Positions 27,586-37,584 of a stretch of 54,388 nt of DNA are shown here, piece after piece. Positions within the stretch are counted from its first letter, which is position 1, and every line of letters begins with the position of its first letter. The translations under genes and the position numbers were made by a program. The notes below the pieces were generated by a model. It was not told the origin of the DNA. It searched no databases and saw only the letters and a program-made list of their open reading frames with translations. The DNA is from Acidobacteriota bacterium (lineage in GTDB: Bacteria > Acidobacteriota > Polarisedimenticolia > Gp22-AA2): contig JBGPED010000001.1 of NCBI GenBank assembly GCA_041482595.1, forward strand, positions 1 to 54,388, in the 5' to 3' direction.

Positions 27586-28644
27586 TCCGCGTCGCCCGCG
27601 TCGAGGTGATCCCGATTCCCTTCCGGCTGGTGGAGGGTTACCGCATCGCCGGCCATTCCTACTCGATCGCCGAGAACATCATCGTCAAGGTCGACACCTC
27701 CGACGGACGCACCGGCTTCGGCTGCGCCGCTCCGGCGGAGGAAGTCACCCGTGAGACACCCGCCGCCGCCCTGCACGCCCTGGACGATCGGCTGGTCCCC
27801 CTTCTCCGCATGTCCGACGCCGCCGATCCCGCGGACTTCGCGCGGCACGCGCTCGAGGCGGCCCCCTCGTCGCCGGCCGCCCGCGCCGCCTGCGAGATGG
27901 CGCTCTTCGATCTGGTCGGGCTCCGCGCGCGGGTCCCGCTCGCGCGCGTCCTCGGGATGAAGCGGGATCGTCTGCCGACCAGCATCACCCTCGGGATCGA
28001 CGAGCCGCGCCTGACGCTGGAACGGGCGAAGCGGCACGTGGCCGCGGGGTTCCGCATCCTCAAGCTGAAGATCGGCGAGAACTGGAAGGACGACCTCGGG
28101 ACCGTGCGCCTGCTGCGCGAAGCGCTCGGTCCCGGGATCCTCCTGCGCGCGGACGGCAACCAGGGATACGGGGAGGATGCCGCGCACCGCTTCCTGTCGG
28201 GCCTCCCGCCGGGGTCCCTCGAGCTCCTCGAGCAACCGACGGCCGCCGCCGACCTCTCGATCCTGCGCCGCCTCGCCGACGAGTTCGATCTGCCGATCAT
28301 GGCGGACGAGTCGGTCCTGGGCGCGGCCGACGCACGCCGCCTGGTGGAGGCGCGCGCCGCCGACCTGGTGAACATCAAGCTGATGAAATCCGGGGGCATC
28401 TGCGAGGCGCTGGACATCGCGCGCGTCACGCATGCCGCCGGGATCGGAGGCATGATCGGATGCATGGACGAATCCCGCATCGGCATCGCCGCCGCCCTGC
28501 ATTTCGCCCTGGCCGCTCCCAACGTGGAGCGCGCCGATCTCGACGGGCACCTGGACCTCGCGGACGACGTCGCCAAGGGCGGCGTCGTGATCGCGAACGG
28601 TGACGTCCTGCCTGTTCTCGACAGGGACGGGCTGGGGGTTTCGG

Positions 28645-28655
<11 letters not shown>
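27582..28655 (+). CDS. enolase-superfamily dipeptide epimerase / N-acyl amino-acid racemase (MLE subgroup)
   Basis: KxK (FRILKLKIG), metal ligands LRADGNQGY / LLEQP / IMADES, and second base NIKLMKSGG. Confidence 0.85.
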
Positions 28656-30087
<1,432 letters not shown>

Positions 30088-30265
30088 TTTGGCGCACTTC
30101 TGTCAACGATAAAATACGTCAGAGTGACCGAGTGATGGGATTCGCGGACCCGGCCGACCGCCACAGATCGTGGCAGTCCCGCGATTACCGCCTGGAACAG
30201 ACTATTTTACATGGAGTTAGAACGACATTATGCATCGTGAGATGTCGAACCGGATTGCAAGAACC

Positions 30266-30281
30266 TGGCAGAATTATTGCA
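30266..30281 (+). promoter_or_regulatory. sigma54 (-24/-12) promoter TGGCAgaattaTTGCA
   Basis: cTGGCAGAATTATTGCAt compared with the consensus TGGCAC-N5-TTGCW. GG-N10-GC spacing is exact. It sits 36 nt upstream of ATG 30317 and divergent from a sigma54 activator gene. Confidence 0.65.
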
Positions 30282-30316
30282 TGTTAGAATGGGCAACCTT
30301 CGGGAGGACGTCCGGG

Positions 30317-30529
30317 ATGAGGATGAAGAAGAAAGCCGCCGTCGGCAAGAGGCAGTCCGCCAGGATTTTGAACGGAATGGTCGACTTCAATTACGCGAAC
30401 GTTTCATATCAGATCGACCCGACCCGCAGGAAGGTCTATCAGCGGTGGATCGAGGTCGAGACCGCCAAGACGTGCCTGATCATGGGGGCCTGGTCCCAGA
30501 CGCGGGCGCAGGAGAAGCGGGCGGTCTAG
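30317..30529 (+). CDS. small basic hypothetical protein (70 aa), sigma54-dependent
   Basis: GGGAGG SD at 30302-30307. Third codon positions are almost all G/C in this frame despite the AT-richer surroundings. MRMKKKAAVGKRQSARILNG...; I recognise no family. Confidence 0.6.
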   Translation: MRMKKKAAVGKRQSARILNGMVDFNYANVSYQIDPTRRKVYQRWIEVETAKTCLIMGAWSQTRAQEKRAV

Positions 30530-30603
30530 AGTTTGTTGCCTTTCTCTGACCAGCCCGCGAGGGCTGAGGTACGTCACCGGAACCACACAACTCACACCTG
30601 ATC

Positions 30604-30643
30604 AGAGCCGCTTCGGTAATCATGAAGCGGCTCTCCTTTTTTT
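30604..30643 (+). terminator. rho-independent terminator
   Basis: AGAGCCGCTTC-ggtaatcat-GAAGCGGCTCT (11-bp perfect stem) followed by CCTTTTTTTG. Confidence 0.8.
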
Positions 30644-30664
30644 GCCTCCCACTCGGACACGCTC

Positions 30665-32014
30665 CTAGTCCTCGATGGCGCTGAGATCGGCCTTCGGGAA
30701 GGGCGGACCGGGACGCGCGAACAGGTACCCCTGGGCGTAGCGCACCCCGATCGACTGGAGGCAACGCAGCTCCTCGACGGTCTCGACGCCCTCGGCGATG
30801 AGCGTGATCCCGGAGCTGGTCGAGAATCGGGCGATCGTCCCGGTCAGGTCCTGCTTGATCGGGTGCAGGTGGATGTCGCGGATGAGCGCCATGTCGATCT
30901 TGATGAAGTCCGGCTTGATCTCGGCGATCGATTTCAGCCCCGAGTATCCCGAGCCCACGTCGTCCACGGCCAGCCGGAATCCGTGGAATTGGAGATAGCT
31001 CAGGAGCTGGCGCAGGGACGTGAAATCGCGCACGGCGGAATGCTCGGTCAGCTCCAGCACGACCTGCGACGGCTTGAGGTTCGAGTCACGCAGGAGCGCG
31101 AAGGTGGCTTCCGAGCGCAGCGCGGGGTCGTGAATCGAGTCGGGCTCCATGTTCAGGAAGAGAAGCTGCTCGTCGGTGAGCCCGCGTGCCGAACGGATCG
31201 CCCGCTCGCGGCAGAGCCGCTCGAGCTTCCACACGGAATCGTTGTCGTAGGCCGCCTTGAACAGCTGGTCCGGCCCGGCGAAGGCATCGGGCGAGACCCG
31301 GGTCAGAGCCTCGAACCCGACGATCCGCTTCTCCAGGAGATCGACGACCGGCTGGTACACGGGGTGGACGGCCTCCGTCTTCAGGATCATCTTCAATTTC
31401 AAGGAGGCGTCGTGCTGCTCCTTCTTGCGCTGCTGGAGTGAATCGGTGAACGCCTGCTCCAGGGCCGAGTACACCAGGCGCTCGAAGCGCACCGAGGCGT
31501 TCTGCATGAGGACGGTGCAGCCGACATAGAGACCGAAGGTCTCCTGCACGTCGGCCGGCAGGCGATCCCGCACGAACCGCTCCAGCCTGGCCGCGACGCG
31601 GCGGCGCACCTTGTCGATGTCCGGGTAGGCGACTCCCTGCTTGCCGCGCGGCGGCGACAGGAGGATCACGAACGCGTTGCCGCTGATCATCACCTCGGAC
31701 ACGTAGTCGTCCCGCCGGAGCGCGACCTTCTTGATCTCGAGCAGGAAGGCGGCGACGCTGCGCACCAGCGCCTCGTATCCCTGCCAGCCGAGGGTCTGCT
31801 CCCCGCGCTCGTTCTGCAGCACGCTGATGGAAAGCAGGCCGAGATGATGCGATTCCTTCAGCAGGCGGCGGATGCGGCCGAGGAGGAGCGGGACCGTGGG
31901 CAGATCGGTCAGCTCGTCGTACAGCAGGTCCGTGAGGGCCCCGGCGGTGCTCCGGCCCACGAGCTCCCCTCTCTGCTTCAGATCCTTCACCAGTTTCCTG
32001 CGGCGACTCTGCAT
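30665..32014 (-). CDS. c-di-GMP phosphodiesterase: degenerate GGDEF + EAL domain protein
   Basis: EAL motifs EALTR, NMEP, ELTE, DDVGSGYS, KID, EGVET, QGYLFARP. The N-terminal GGDEF-like domain has SGNAF in place of GGDEF. Confidence 0.85.
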   Translation of the reverse strand: MQSRRRKLVKDLKQRGELVGRSTAGALTDLLYDELTDLPTVPLLLGRIRRLLKESHHLGLLSISVLQNERGEQTLGWQGYEALVRSVAAFLLEIKKVALRRDDYVSEVMISGNAFVILLSPPRGKQGVAYPDIDKVRRRVAARLERFVRDRLPADVQETFGLYVGCTVLMQNASVRFERLVYSALEQAFTDSLQQRKKEQHDASLKLKMILKTEAVHPVYQPVVDLLEKRIVGFEALTRVSPDAFAGPDQLFKAAYDNDSVWKLERLCRERAIRSARGLTDEQLLFLNMEPDSIHDPALRSEATFALLRDSNLKPSQVVLELTEHSAVRDFTSLRQLLSYLQFHGFRLAVDDVGSGYSGLKSIAEIKPDFIKIDMALIRDIHLHPIKQDLTGTIARFSTSSGITLIAEGVETVEELRCLQSIGVRYAQGYLFARPGPPFPKADLSAIED

Positions 32015-32027
32015 GGGGGGTGCGGCC

Positions 32028-33302
32028 TCAGCCGTTGTTCACGTTGTAATAGGTGTCTTCCGTGCCGTCGGAGAAGTACTTCGTCTCCGCGCGCATGACC
32101 CTGTTCCGCCCCGCCTGCTTGGCGCGGTACAGCGCGGCGTCGGCGGCCGCGATGAGGTCCGTGCCCGTGCGGCCGTCGTCGGGGAACGTGGCGACCCCGC
32201 CGCTGAGGGATACAACTTTGAGCGGTTGGCTCTCCCGGTTCGCGTACGGGTGATCGGCGACCTTGGCGCGGATGCGCTCCGCCGCGACCAAGGCCCCATC
32301 CTTGGGAGTCTGCGGCAGGATGACGATGAACTCCTCGCCGCCGTAGCGCGCCGGCGTGTCGTCCGGCCGCACCATGTCGCGCAGGATCTGGCCGGTGAGC
32401 TTGAGGACCTCGTCACCCGCCTGGTGCCCCTGCGTGTCGTTGTAATGCTTGAAGTGATCCAGGTCGAAGATGAACAGCGACACCGGGTAGTGCCCCTTCT
32501 CCGCCCTGAGGATTTCCTCCGACAGACGGCTCATGAAGAAGCGCTTGTTGAACAGCTTGGTCAGACCGTCGGAGTTCGCCATCTCCTGGACCTGTGAGAA
32601 CAGCGCGTTGTTGTGCAGCGCGATGCTGCCCAGGTCGGCGATGAGGTTGAGCAGGGTCTTCTCGTACTTGTAGTGCTTCGTGATCCCGCCGATGCTGATG
32701 ACGCCCAGCACGCGCCCCTCGTGCACCATCGGCGCGCACAGCTCGGTCTTGAAACGGAAGTGGGCCGGGACGTCGAGGCTCGCCCCCGATTGGCGCATCT
32801 CCCTGATAAAATCGTTGGTGTCCATGGGGACCCTGTGTTGCGCCGCCCAGCCGATGCGGCCCTCGCCCATCTTCACCTGGAAGCCGATCTTCACGTCCTC
32901 CGCCAGTCCCCGCTGCTGGACCAGGATCAGCGTGTTGACGCGATCGTCCAGGAGGAAGAGCAGGACCTGGGTGGGAGCGAACAGACGCTCGGAGATCTTG
33001 GTGAGCAGGGGCGCGATCGCGCGCCGCTCCATGCGCGAATTGATCTCTTTCGTGAAGTCGGGGAGCAGGAGGAAGAAGTTCGAGAGCGCGGTGTTCTCGG
33101 CCTCCAGGCGGGCCGCGGTGGATTTCAGGTCGCGCAGCGCCGATACGTCGCCTTCGGACCGGACCGGGCGGCGCACGGACCGCGATCCGCCGCCCATCCG
33201 TCCCAGGAGCCAGCCGAGGAGCACCGACCCCAGGATGCCGCAGGCCCATCCCCATGGCGGCACCCCGCGGAGGGTCGCCAAAGCCGCGCTGATGGAATCC
33301 AT
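32028..33302 (-). CDS. membrane-anchored GAF-GGDEF diguanylate cyclase
   Basis: N-terminal TM, then a GAF-like region and a GGDEF domain with active-site RYGGEEF. An RPDD (RxxD) I-site lies 5 residues upstream. Confidence 0.85.
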   Translation of the reverse strand: MDSISAALATLRGVPPWGWACGILGSVLLGWLLGRMGGGSRSVRRPVRSEGDVSALRDLKSTAARLEAENTALSNFFLLLPDFTKEINSRMERRAIAPLLTKISERLFAPTQVLLFLLDDRVNTLILVQQRGLAEDVKIGFQVKMGEGRIGWAAQHRVPMDTNDFIREMRQSGASLDVPAHFRFKTELCAPMVHEGRVLGVISIGGITKHYKYEKTLLNLIADLGSIALHNNALFSQVQEMANSDGLTKLFNKRFFMSRLSEEILRAEKGHYPVSLFIFDLDHFKHYNDTQGHQAGDEVLKLTGQILRDMVRPDDTPARYGGEEFIVILPQTPKDGALVAAERIRAKVADHPYANRESQPLKVVSLSGGVATFPDDGRTGTDLIAAADAALYRAKQAGRNRVMRAETKYFSDGTEDTYYNVNNG

Positions 33303-33362
33303 CTGGTTCCGACTCCCCGTCGGCCCTCCTGGAAGGAGGCATGATCTGCGTTCGCCCGCGCA

Positions 33363-33391
33363 AACTTAAGGTCCTGAGATGGGCAATTCAA
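33363..33391 (-). promoter_or_regulatory. candidate promoter TTGAAT-N17-TAAGTT for the GGDEF/EAL operon
   Basis: Minus strand reads cTTGAATtgcccatctcaggaccTTAAGTT. About 60-nt leader with a GGGGAG SD. Confidence 0.4.
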
Positions 33392-33536
33392 GGCACCCGT
33401 CCCCGCCGGACGGTCGCCTCGGCACCGGGCGCGACCCCTCGATCGGTCATCCCGGATGGAGGCGTCAATTTCCCGACGAGCACTCGCGGAGGGGCTGGCT
33501 GGCCGCCGCCTCATCTCGACCCGGCCACGGCGTTTC

Positions 33537-33565
33537 TTGACACCTGCGGGTCGCCGCTCTACAGT
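33537..33565 (+). promoter_or_regulatory. candidate promoter TTGACA-N17-TACAGT
   Basis: Perfect -35, 17-bp spacer, TAnnnT -10. It lies 54 nt upstream of ATG 33620. Confidence 0.5.
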
Positions 33566-33619
33566 GGCCGGCCTTGCACTCGCGAGGGCGGCCGGGGGCC
33601 CCGCGGAGATCATCCTGAC

Positions 33620-34603
33620 ATGGTCGAGCGTCGATCCGACGGTCCGCCCCGGCGCGTTCTGCTTCTTCTCCTCCTGTGCACAGCACTCGCCTCCGGCGTC
33701 CTTCCCGGGTGCCGTCGAAGGGCGCCCGACGGGGAGACACGCATCCTCAAGGACGGGCTGGGGCGGACGGTCCAACTGCCCCCGCACGCACGACGCATCG
33801 TGTCGCTGGCACCGAGCGTGACCGACGCGCTTCTGGCGCTGGGCGCGCGGGATCGTCTCGTGGGCGTGACGGACTTCTGCGTCCTGCCGCCCGGGGACGC
33901 GCCGGTCGCGCGCATCGGAGGCATGCTGAATCCAAGCCTCGAGACGATCCGCGATCTGCGCCCCGATGTCCTGGTCGCCACGACGAGCGGCAACGATCCC
34001 TCCCTCGCCCGGGAAGCCGCCTCGCTCGGCCTGCCGCTTTACACGATTCACACACCCGATGTCGAAAGCGTCCTCCGCTCCCTCCTCGATCTGGGTCGTC
34101 TGATCGATGAACAGGAGCGTGGACGGGTCCTCGTCGCCGACCTCAGGTCGCGACTTTCGGCCGTCGCGTCCAGCATCGCCTCCGACCGGCCCGTCAAGGT
34201 GCTGTTCGTCGTCTGGGGCGATCCTCTGGTCGTCCCCGGACGCTCCTCCTTCCTGACGGACGCCCTCGCGCGCGCCGGCGGCAGCTCGATCACGTCCGAT
34301 GCCCCGGCCGCGTACCCGGCCTTCGACGTCGAGTCGGCGATCGCGCGCGCCCCCGAAGCCATCCTGACCACCACGCAGAACCGGGCGGTCCTGGATCGCC
34401 TGCGCGTGGAGCCGGCCTGGTCAAGGGTGCCGGCGGTGAGATCAGGCAGGCTCTTCGTGGTGAGCGAGATGATCGAGCAGCCGGGTCCCAAGGTGGTGTC
34501 CGGCATCGAGGAGGTCGCCCGGAGGCTTCATCCCGGCGCCTTTTCCACGCCGGGCGCGGCCGCTCCCGCCGCCCGCCGGCGCGGGGAGCGCGTGTCTCCA
34601 TAA
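33620..34603 (+). CDS. periplasmic-binding lipoprotein, BtuF/FhuD-like (cobalamin/iron-chelate ABC substrate-binding fold)
   Basis: In-frame ATG 33620. Lipobox LPGC. RIVSLAPSVTDALLALGARDRLVGVTD...LRPDVLVAT is the typical Peripla_BP_2 N-lobe. Confidence 0.8.
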   Translation: MVERRSDGPPRRVLLLLLLCTALASGVLPGCRRRAPDGETRILKDGLGRTVQLPPHARRIVSLAPSVTDALLALGARDRLVGVTDFCVLPPGDAPVARIGGMLNPSLETIRDLRPDVLVATTSGNDPSLAREAASLGLPLYTIHTPDVESVLRSLLDLGRLIDEQERGRVLVADLRSRLSAVASSIASDRPVKVLFVVWGDPLVVPGRSSFLTDALARAGGSSITSDAPAAYPAFDVESAIARAPEAILTTTQNRAVLDRLRVEPAWSRVPAVRSGRLFVVSEMIEQPGPKVVSGIEEVARRLHPGAFSTPGAAAPAARRRGERVSP

Positions 34604-34806
34604 ACGAGGAAGCCGTGCGAGCCTTGGGGCCCGCACGGCGGGGGAATCGGAGGCGGGCACCCGTCTGCCCGTCCCCAATGCTTGAATTGTCCCACGCTCC
34701 TTCGCGGCGGCCCACTCCGCCCTGCAAGCTCCGGTGCATCCATGCAGCAGGCTTCATTGTAGGATAGCCGTCTCTGACGGCGGCCGCGACGGCCGGAGGG
34801 AGGACG

Positions 34807-35286
34807 ATGGGATTCCTGAAAGGACGGATCGAGGACTACAGCTCACCGCTGGCCGGTCTGCCGGTCAGGCTGTACACAGGCTACTTCTTCCTCAAGTACG
34901 GACTGGCGAAGTTCACGGGGGAGTTCAGCGGGACGGGACTTCACGAGACCCTGAGCAAGTGGGCCGAGGGGCCGGCCTACCACTTTTACGTTCCCTTCCT
35001 GCAGACGGTGGCCATCCCGCACGCCTCGCTGTTCGCGCACCTCGTGACCCTCGGGGAGATCGCCGTCGGGACCCTGCTCCTGCTCGGCTGCGCCACCCGG
35101 CTGGCGGCCCTGGGCGGGCTCTTCCTGTGCCTCAATTTTCTGTTCGCGAGCGGCGCGCCGATCCTGAGCACCGAGCAACCGGCGATGTTCACCCTGCTGC
35201 TCGTCACGATCTACGCGGCCGCCGCGGGACGGGCCCTCGGGCTCGATGCCCTGCTGAAGCACCGGCTGCCGCGCTGGGTGGCGTGA
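34807..35286 (+). CDS. DoxX family membrane protein
   Basis: 159 aa with 4 TM. RLYTGYFFLKYGLAKF...GEIAVGTLLLLGCATRLAALGGLFLCLNF. Confidence 0.8.
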   Translation: MGFLKGRIEDYSSPLAGLPVRLYTGYFFLKYGLAKFTGEFSGTGLHETLSKWAEGPAYHFYVPFLQTVAIPHASLFAHLVTLGEIAVGTLLLLGCATRLAALGGLFLCLNFLFASGAPILSTEQPAMFTLLLVTIYAAAAGRALGLDALLKHRLPRWVA

Positions 35287-35289
35287 CCC

Positions 35290-35796
35290 ATGCTGCACAA
35301 CGTGCCGGTCGCGCGGATCCTCGGCTTCCTGTTCCTGGGCAGCGTGATTCTGATCGGATTCGTGACCTACGAGGGATACCGCACCTCCACGGGCGGCCTG
35401 GCGGCCTCCGCGCACATCCGCTTCGCGCTGTTCGGGATCATCGTCGTCCTCTTCACCCAGACCATGACCCTCTTCTATTTCGTCGGGACCGGCAGCCGCA
35501 TCAAGAAGGTCGTGCAGCGGTACCGGCTCGCCACGTCGTTCGTGGAGCGCACCCGGCTCTTGAAGGCGCGCCTGTTCCCCTGGCTGACGTTCACGCCCCT
35601 GGTCACCATGGCCGCCTTCATCATCGGAGGGGGCGCCCACACACGCGCCCTCCCGGGCTGGATGCACGGCCTCCTCGCCCTGCTGGCGCTGGCGATGAAC
35701 CTGATCACGGCGGCCGTGGCCGTCGCCTGCATCTCCGACAACATCGTGCTGATCGAGGAGATCGACGCCGCCCTGCCGGAGACGGCGGCGGAGTAA
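35290..35796 (+). CDS. hypothetical 4-TM membrane protein
   Basis: 168 aa, starting 3 nt after the DoxX stop. Has four hydrophobic helices. I recognise no family. Confidence 0.6.
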   Translation: MLHNVPVARILGFLFLGSVILIGFVTYEGYRTSTGGLAASAHIRFALFGIIVVLFTQTMTLFYFVGTGSRIKKVVQRYRLATSFVERTRLLKARLFPWLTFTPLVTMAAFIIGGGAHTRALPGWMHGLLALLALAMNLITAAVAVACISDNIVLIEEIDAALPETAAE

Positions 35797-35805
35797 CAGG
35801 AAAGG

Positions 35806-36546
35806 CTAGGCCCCGCCGAGGACGACCGTCAGCGCGAAGCCGACCTCAATGTGGTCCTGGTCGCCGCGGGAGTTCGAGCTGTAGCGCACCTGGCGCGCGT
35901 CGATGCGGAATCCCGCCTTCTCGCCACCGAAGAACCGGATGCCGCCCCCGTAGTTGTACATGAAGGTGTTCTCGTCCCCGACCAGCAGATTGAGCGTCGG
36001 CTCGAGATCCGGATCGGCCGTCTGTCCGAAGATGCTCGAGTTGATCAGCCCGACTCCGCCGGTGGCGAAGGCCACGACCTTGCCGCGGTGCTGCAGGAAG
36101 AAGTTGTAGACGTAGTTGGCGTGCGCGACGATGAGATCGACGCTGACGCTCTCTTGCTTCCTGGTGTCTGTTGTCACCGCGATGGGCGGCGGGTCGAGGT
36201 GAGTTTCCGTCTTGTGCTGGAAGAAGGTCCCCGTGGTCGCCGTGCCGCCGAAGCCGAACTCGATCATCTGTTTCTTGGTCCAGTGGTAGCCGAAGCGGAA
36301 GCCGTAGGACAGGCTGTTGTCGATGTGCGAGGTGGTCACCTGCACTGTCCGATTGGTGTTCGGGGCCGAGAAGGTGGTCTTGTCGATCGTGCCGTCCCCC
36401 AGGTGCGGGTTTCCATAGAAGATCCATCCCAGCTCGGGGGTCACTTCCCAGGCCTTCTCCCGATTCTGCGCCCAGGCCGGTCCGGCCAGGATCGCGGCCG
36501 CCACGGACGCGACGAGCACCCCCCTCCAGATGAACGGACTCCGCAT
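35806..36546 (-). CDS. outer-membrane beta-barrel protein (OmpA-like/OmpW-like small barrel)
   Basis: Start at ATG 36546 gives the signal peptide MRSPFIWRGVLVASVAAAILAGPAWAQ. Alternating amphipathic strands rich in G/Y/F. Confidence 0.65.
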   Translation of the reverse strand: MRSPFIWRGVLVASVAAAILAGPAWAQNREKAWEVTPELGWIFYGNPHLGDGTIDKTTFSAPNTNRTVQVTTSHIDNSLSYGFRFGYHWTKKQMIEFGFGGTATTGTFFQHKTETHLDPPPIAVTTDTRKQESVSVDLIVAHANYVYNFFLQHRGKVVAFATGGVGLINSSIFGQTADPDLEPTLNLLVGDENTFMYNYGGGIRFFGGEKAGFRIDARQVRYSSNSRGDQDHIEVGFALTVVLGGA

Positions 36547-36736
36547 CGCCCCTCCCACGCACAGGGCGGCCCGCGCCGCTTCCGCCGTGCCGCCTTCCGG
36601 AACTGAGAGACTTGGAAAAGACGGCATACCTTTGCAGAAGCCCTTGTCCCTGTCAAGATCAAAGTGCGGGCTCCCGAAGGGGCCGCGGCGCGGCCGCAGC
36701 GCCGCTTCGGCCGGCCGTGCCCCTCGAGGCCTGCCC

Positions 36737-36765
36737 TTCCCAATCCCCCGCCCGGCACCTAGAAT
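36737..36765 (+). promoter_or_regulatory. candidate promoter TTCCCA-N17-TAGAAT, 6 nt before the fdhD ATG (leaderless?)
   Basis: cTAGAATgagggcATG. The -10 is strong and the -35 is weak. Confidence 0.35.
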
Positions 36766-36771
36766 GAGGGC

Positions 36772-37584
36772 ATGTCACGCGGCGCCGTGGAACGCAGCAC
36801 GCTCTGGAAGATCCGGGAGGGCCGGAAGCGCGAGGCCTCCGACTGGGTCGTCGTCGAGGAGCCCCTGGAGATCCGCATCGACGGCGAGAGTCTGGCCGTG
36901 ATCATGCGGACTCCCGGCCACGACGTGGAGCTGGCGGCCGGGTTCAGCCTGACGGAAGGGGTGGTGCGTTCGATCGACGCCATCGGCACCATCCGACAGT
37001 GCCGCGCCGAGGGCGACGGGGAACTGAACGTCGTCGAGATCTCGCTGGCCCCGGGTGTCGTCTTCGACCACCAGAGACTGCGCCGCAACCTCATGGCGAG
37101 CGCCGCCTGCGGCCTGTGCGGCAAGGCGTCCATCGAAGCGCTCGCCACCCAGGCCTCGCCCCTGGCCACGGATCTGCGCGTGCGGCGCGAGGTCCTGGAA
37201 TCGCTGCCGGATCGACTTCTCGCCGCCCAGGAGAGCTTCGGGCGCACCGGCGCCCTGCACGCGTCGGGTCTGTTCGCCGCGGACGGCCGCCTGCGGGTGT
37301 GCCGGGAGGACGTCGGGAGGCACAATGCGGTGGACAAGGTGGTCGGACGATCGGCGCTCGACGGATCGCGCACCGACGACGCCATCCTCATGGTCTCGGG
37401 ACGCACGTCCTTCGAGATCCTCCAGAAGGCCGCGGTCGCGGGCATCCCGATCGTCTGCGCCATTTCCGGGCCGACGACGCTGGCCATCGAAACGGCGCGC
37501 GCCTTCCATATCACCCTGGTGAATTTCCTGCGGGGCAGCGGCATGAACGTCGCCTCCTGCCCGGAGAGAATCGCCGAAAAGTGA
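36772..37584 (+). CDS. fdhD: formate dehydrogenase accessory sulfurtransferase FdhD
   Basis: EEPLEIRIDG..AVIMRTPGHDVELAAGFSLTEG...CGLCGK...GRHNAVDKVVG...SGRTSFEILQKA. Confidence 0.9.
   Translation: MSRGAVERSTLWKIREGRKREASDWVVVEEPLEIRIDGESLAVIMRTPGHDVELAAGFSLTEGVVRSIDAIGTIRQCRAEGDGELNVVEISLAPGVVFDHQRLRRNLMASAACGLCGKASIEALATQASPLATDLRVRREVLESLPDRLLAAQESFGRTGALHASGLFAADGRLRVCREDVGRHNAVDKVVGRSALDGSRTDDAILMVSGRTSFEILQKAAVAGIPIVCAISGPTTLAIETARAFHITLVNFLRGSGMNVASCPERIAEK

Noticed and set aside
30277-30549. 90-aa alternative frame overlapping the small sigma54-dependent ORF
   Set aside because: It starts inside the -12 promoter element, has no SD, and its third positions are not G/C-biased. The 30317 frame has both an SD and coding bias.
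33303-33619. Possible cobalamin riboswitch upstream of the BtuF-like gene
   Set aside because: The only B12-box-like string (CAGTGGC, the reverse of GCCACTG) is part of the TACAGT -10 region and is in the wrong orientation. I recognised no other conserved riboswitch core elements. An Rfam scan would settle the question.
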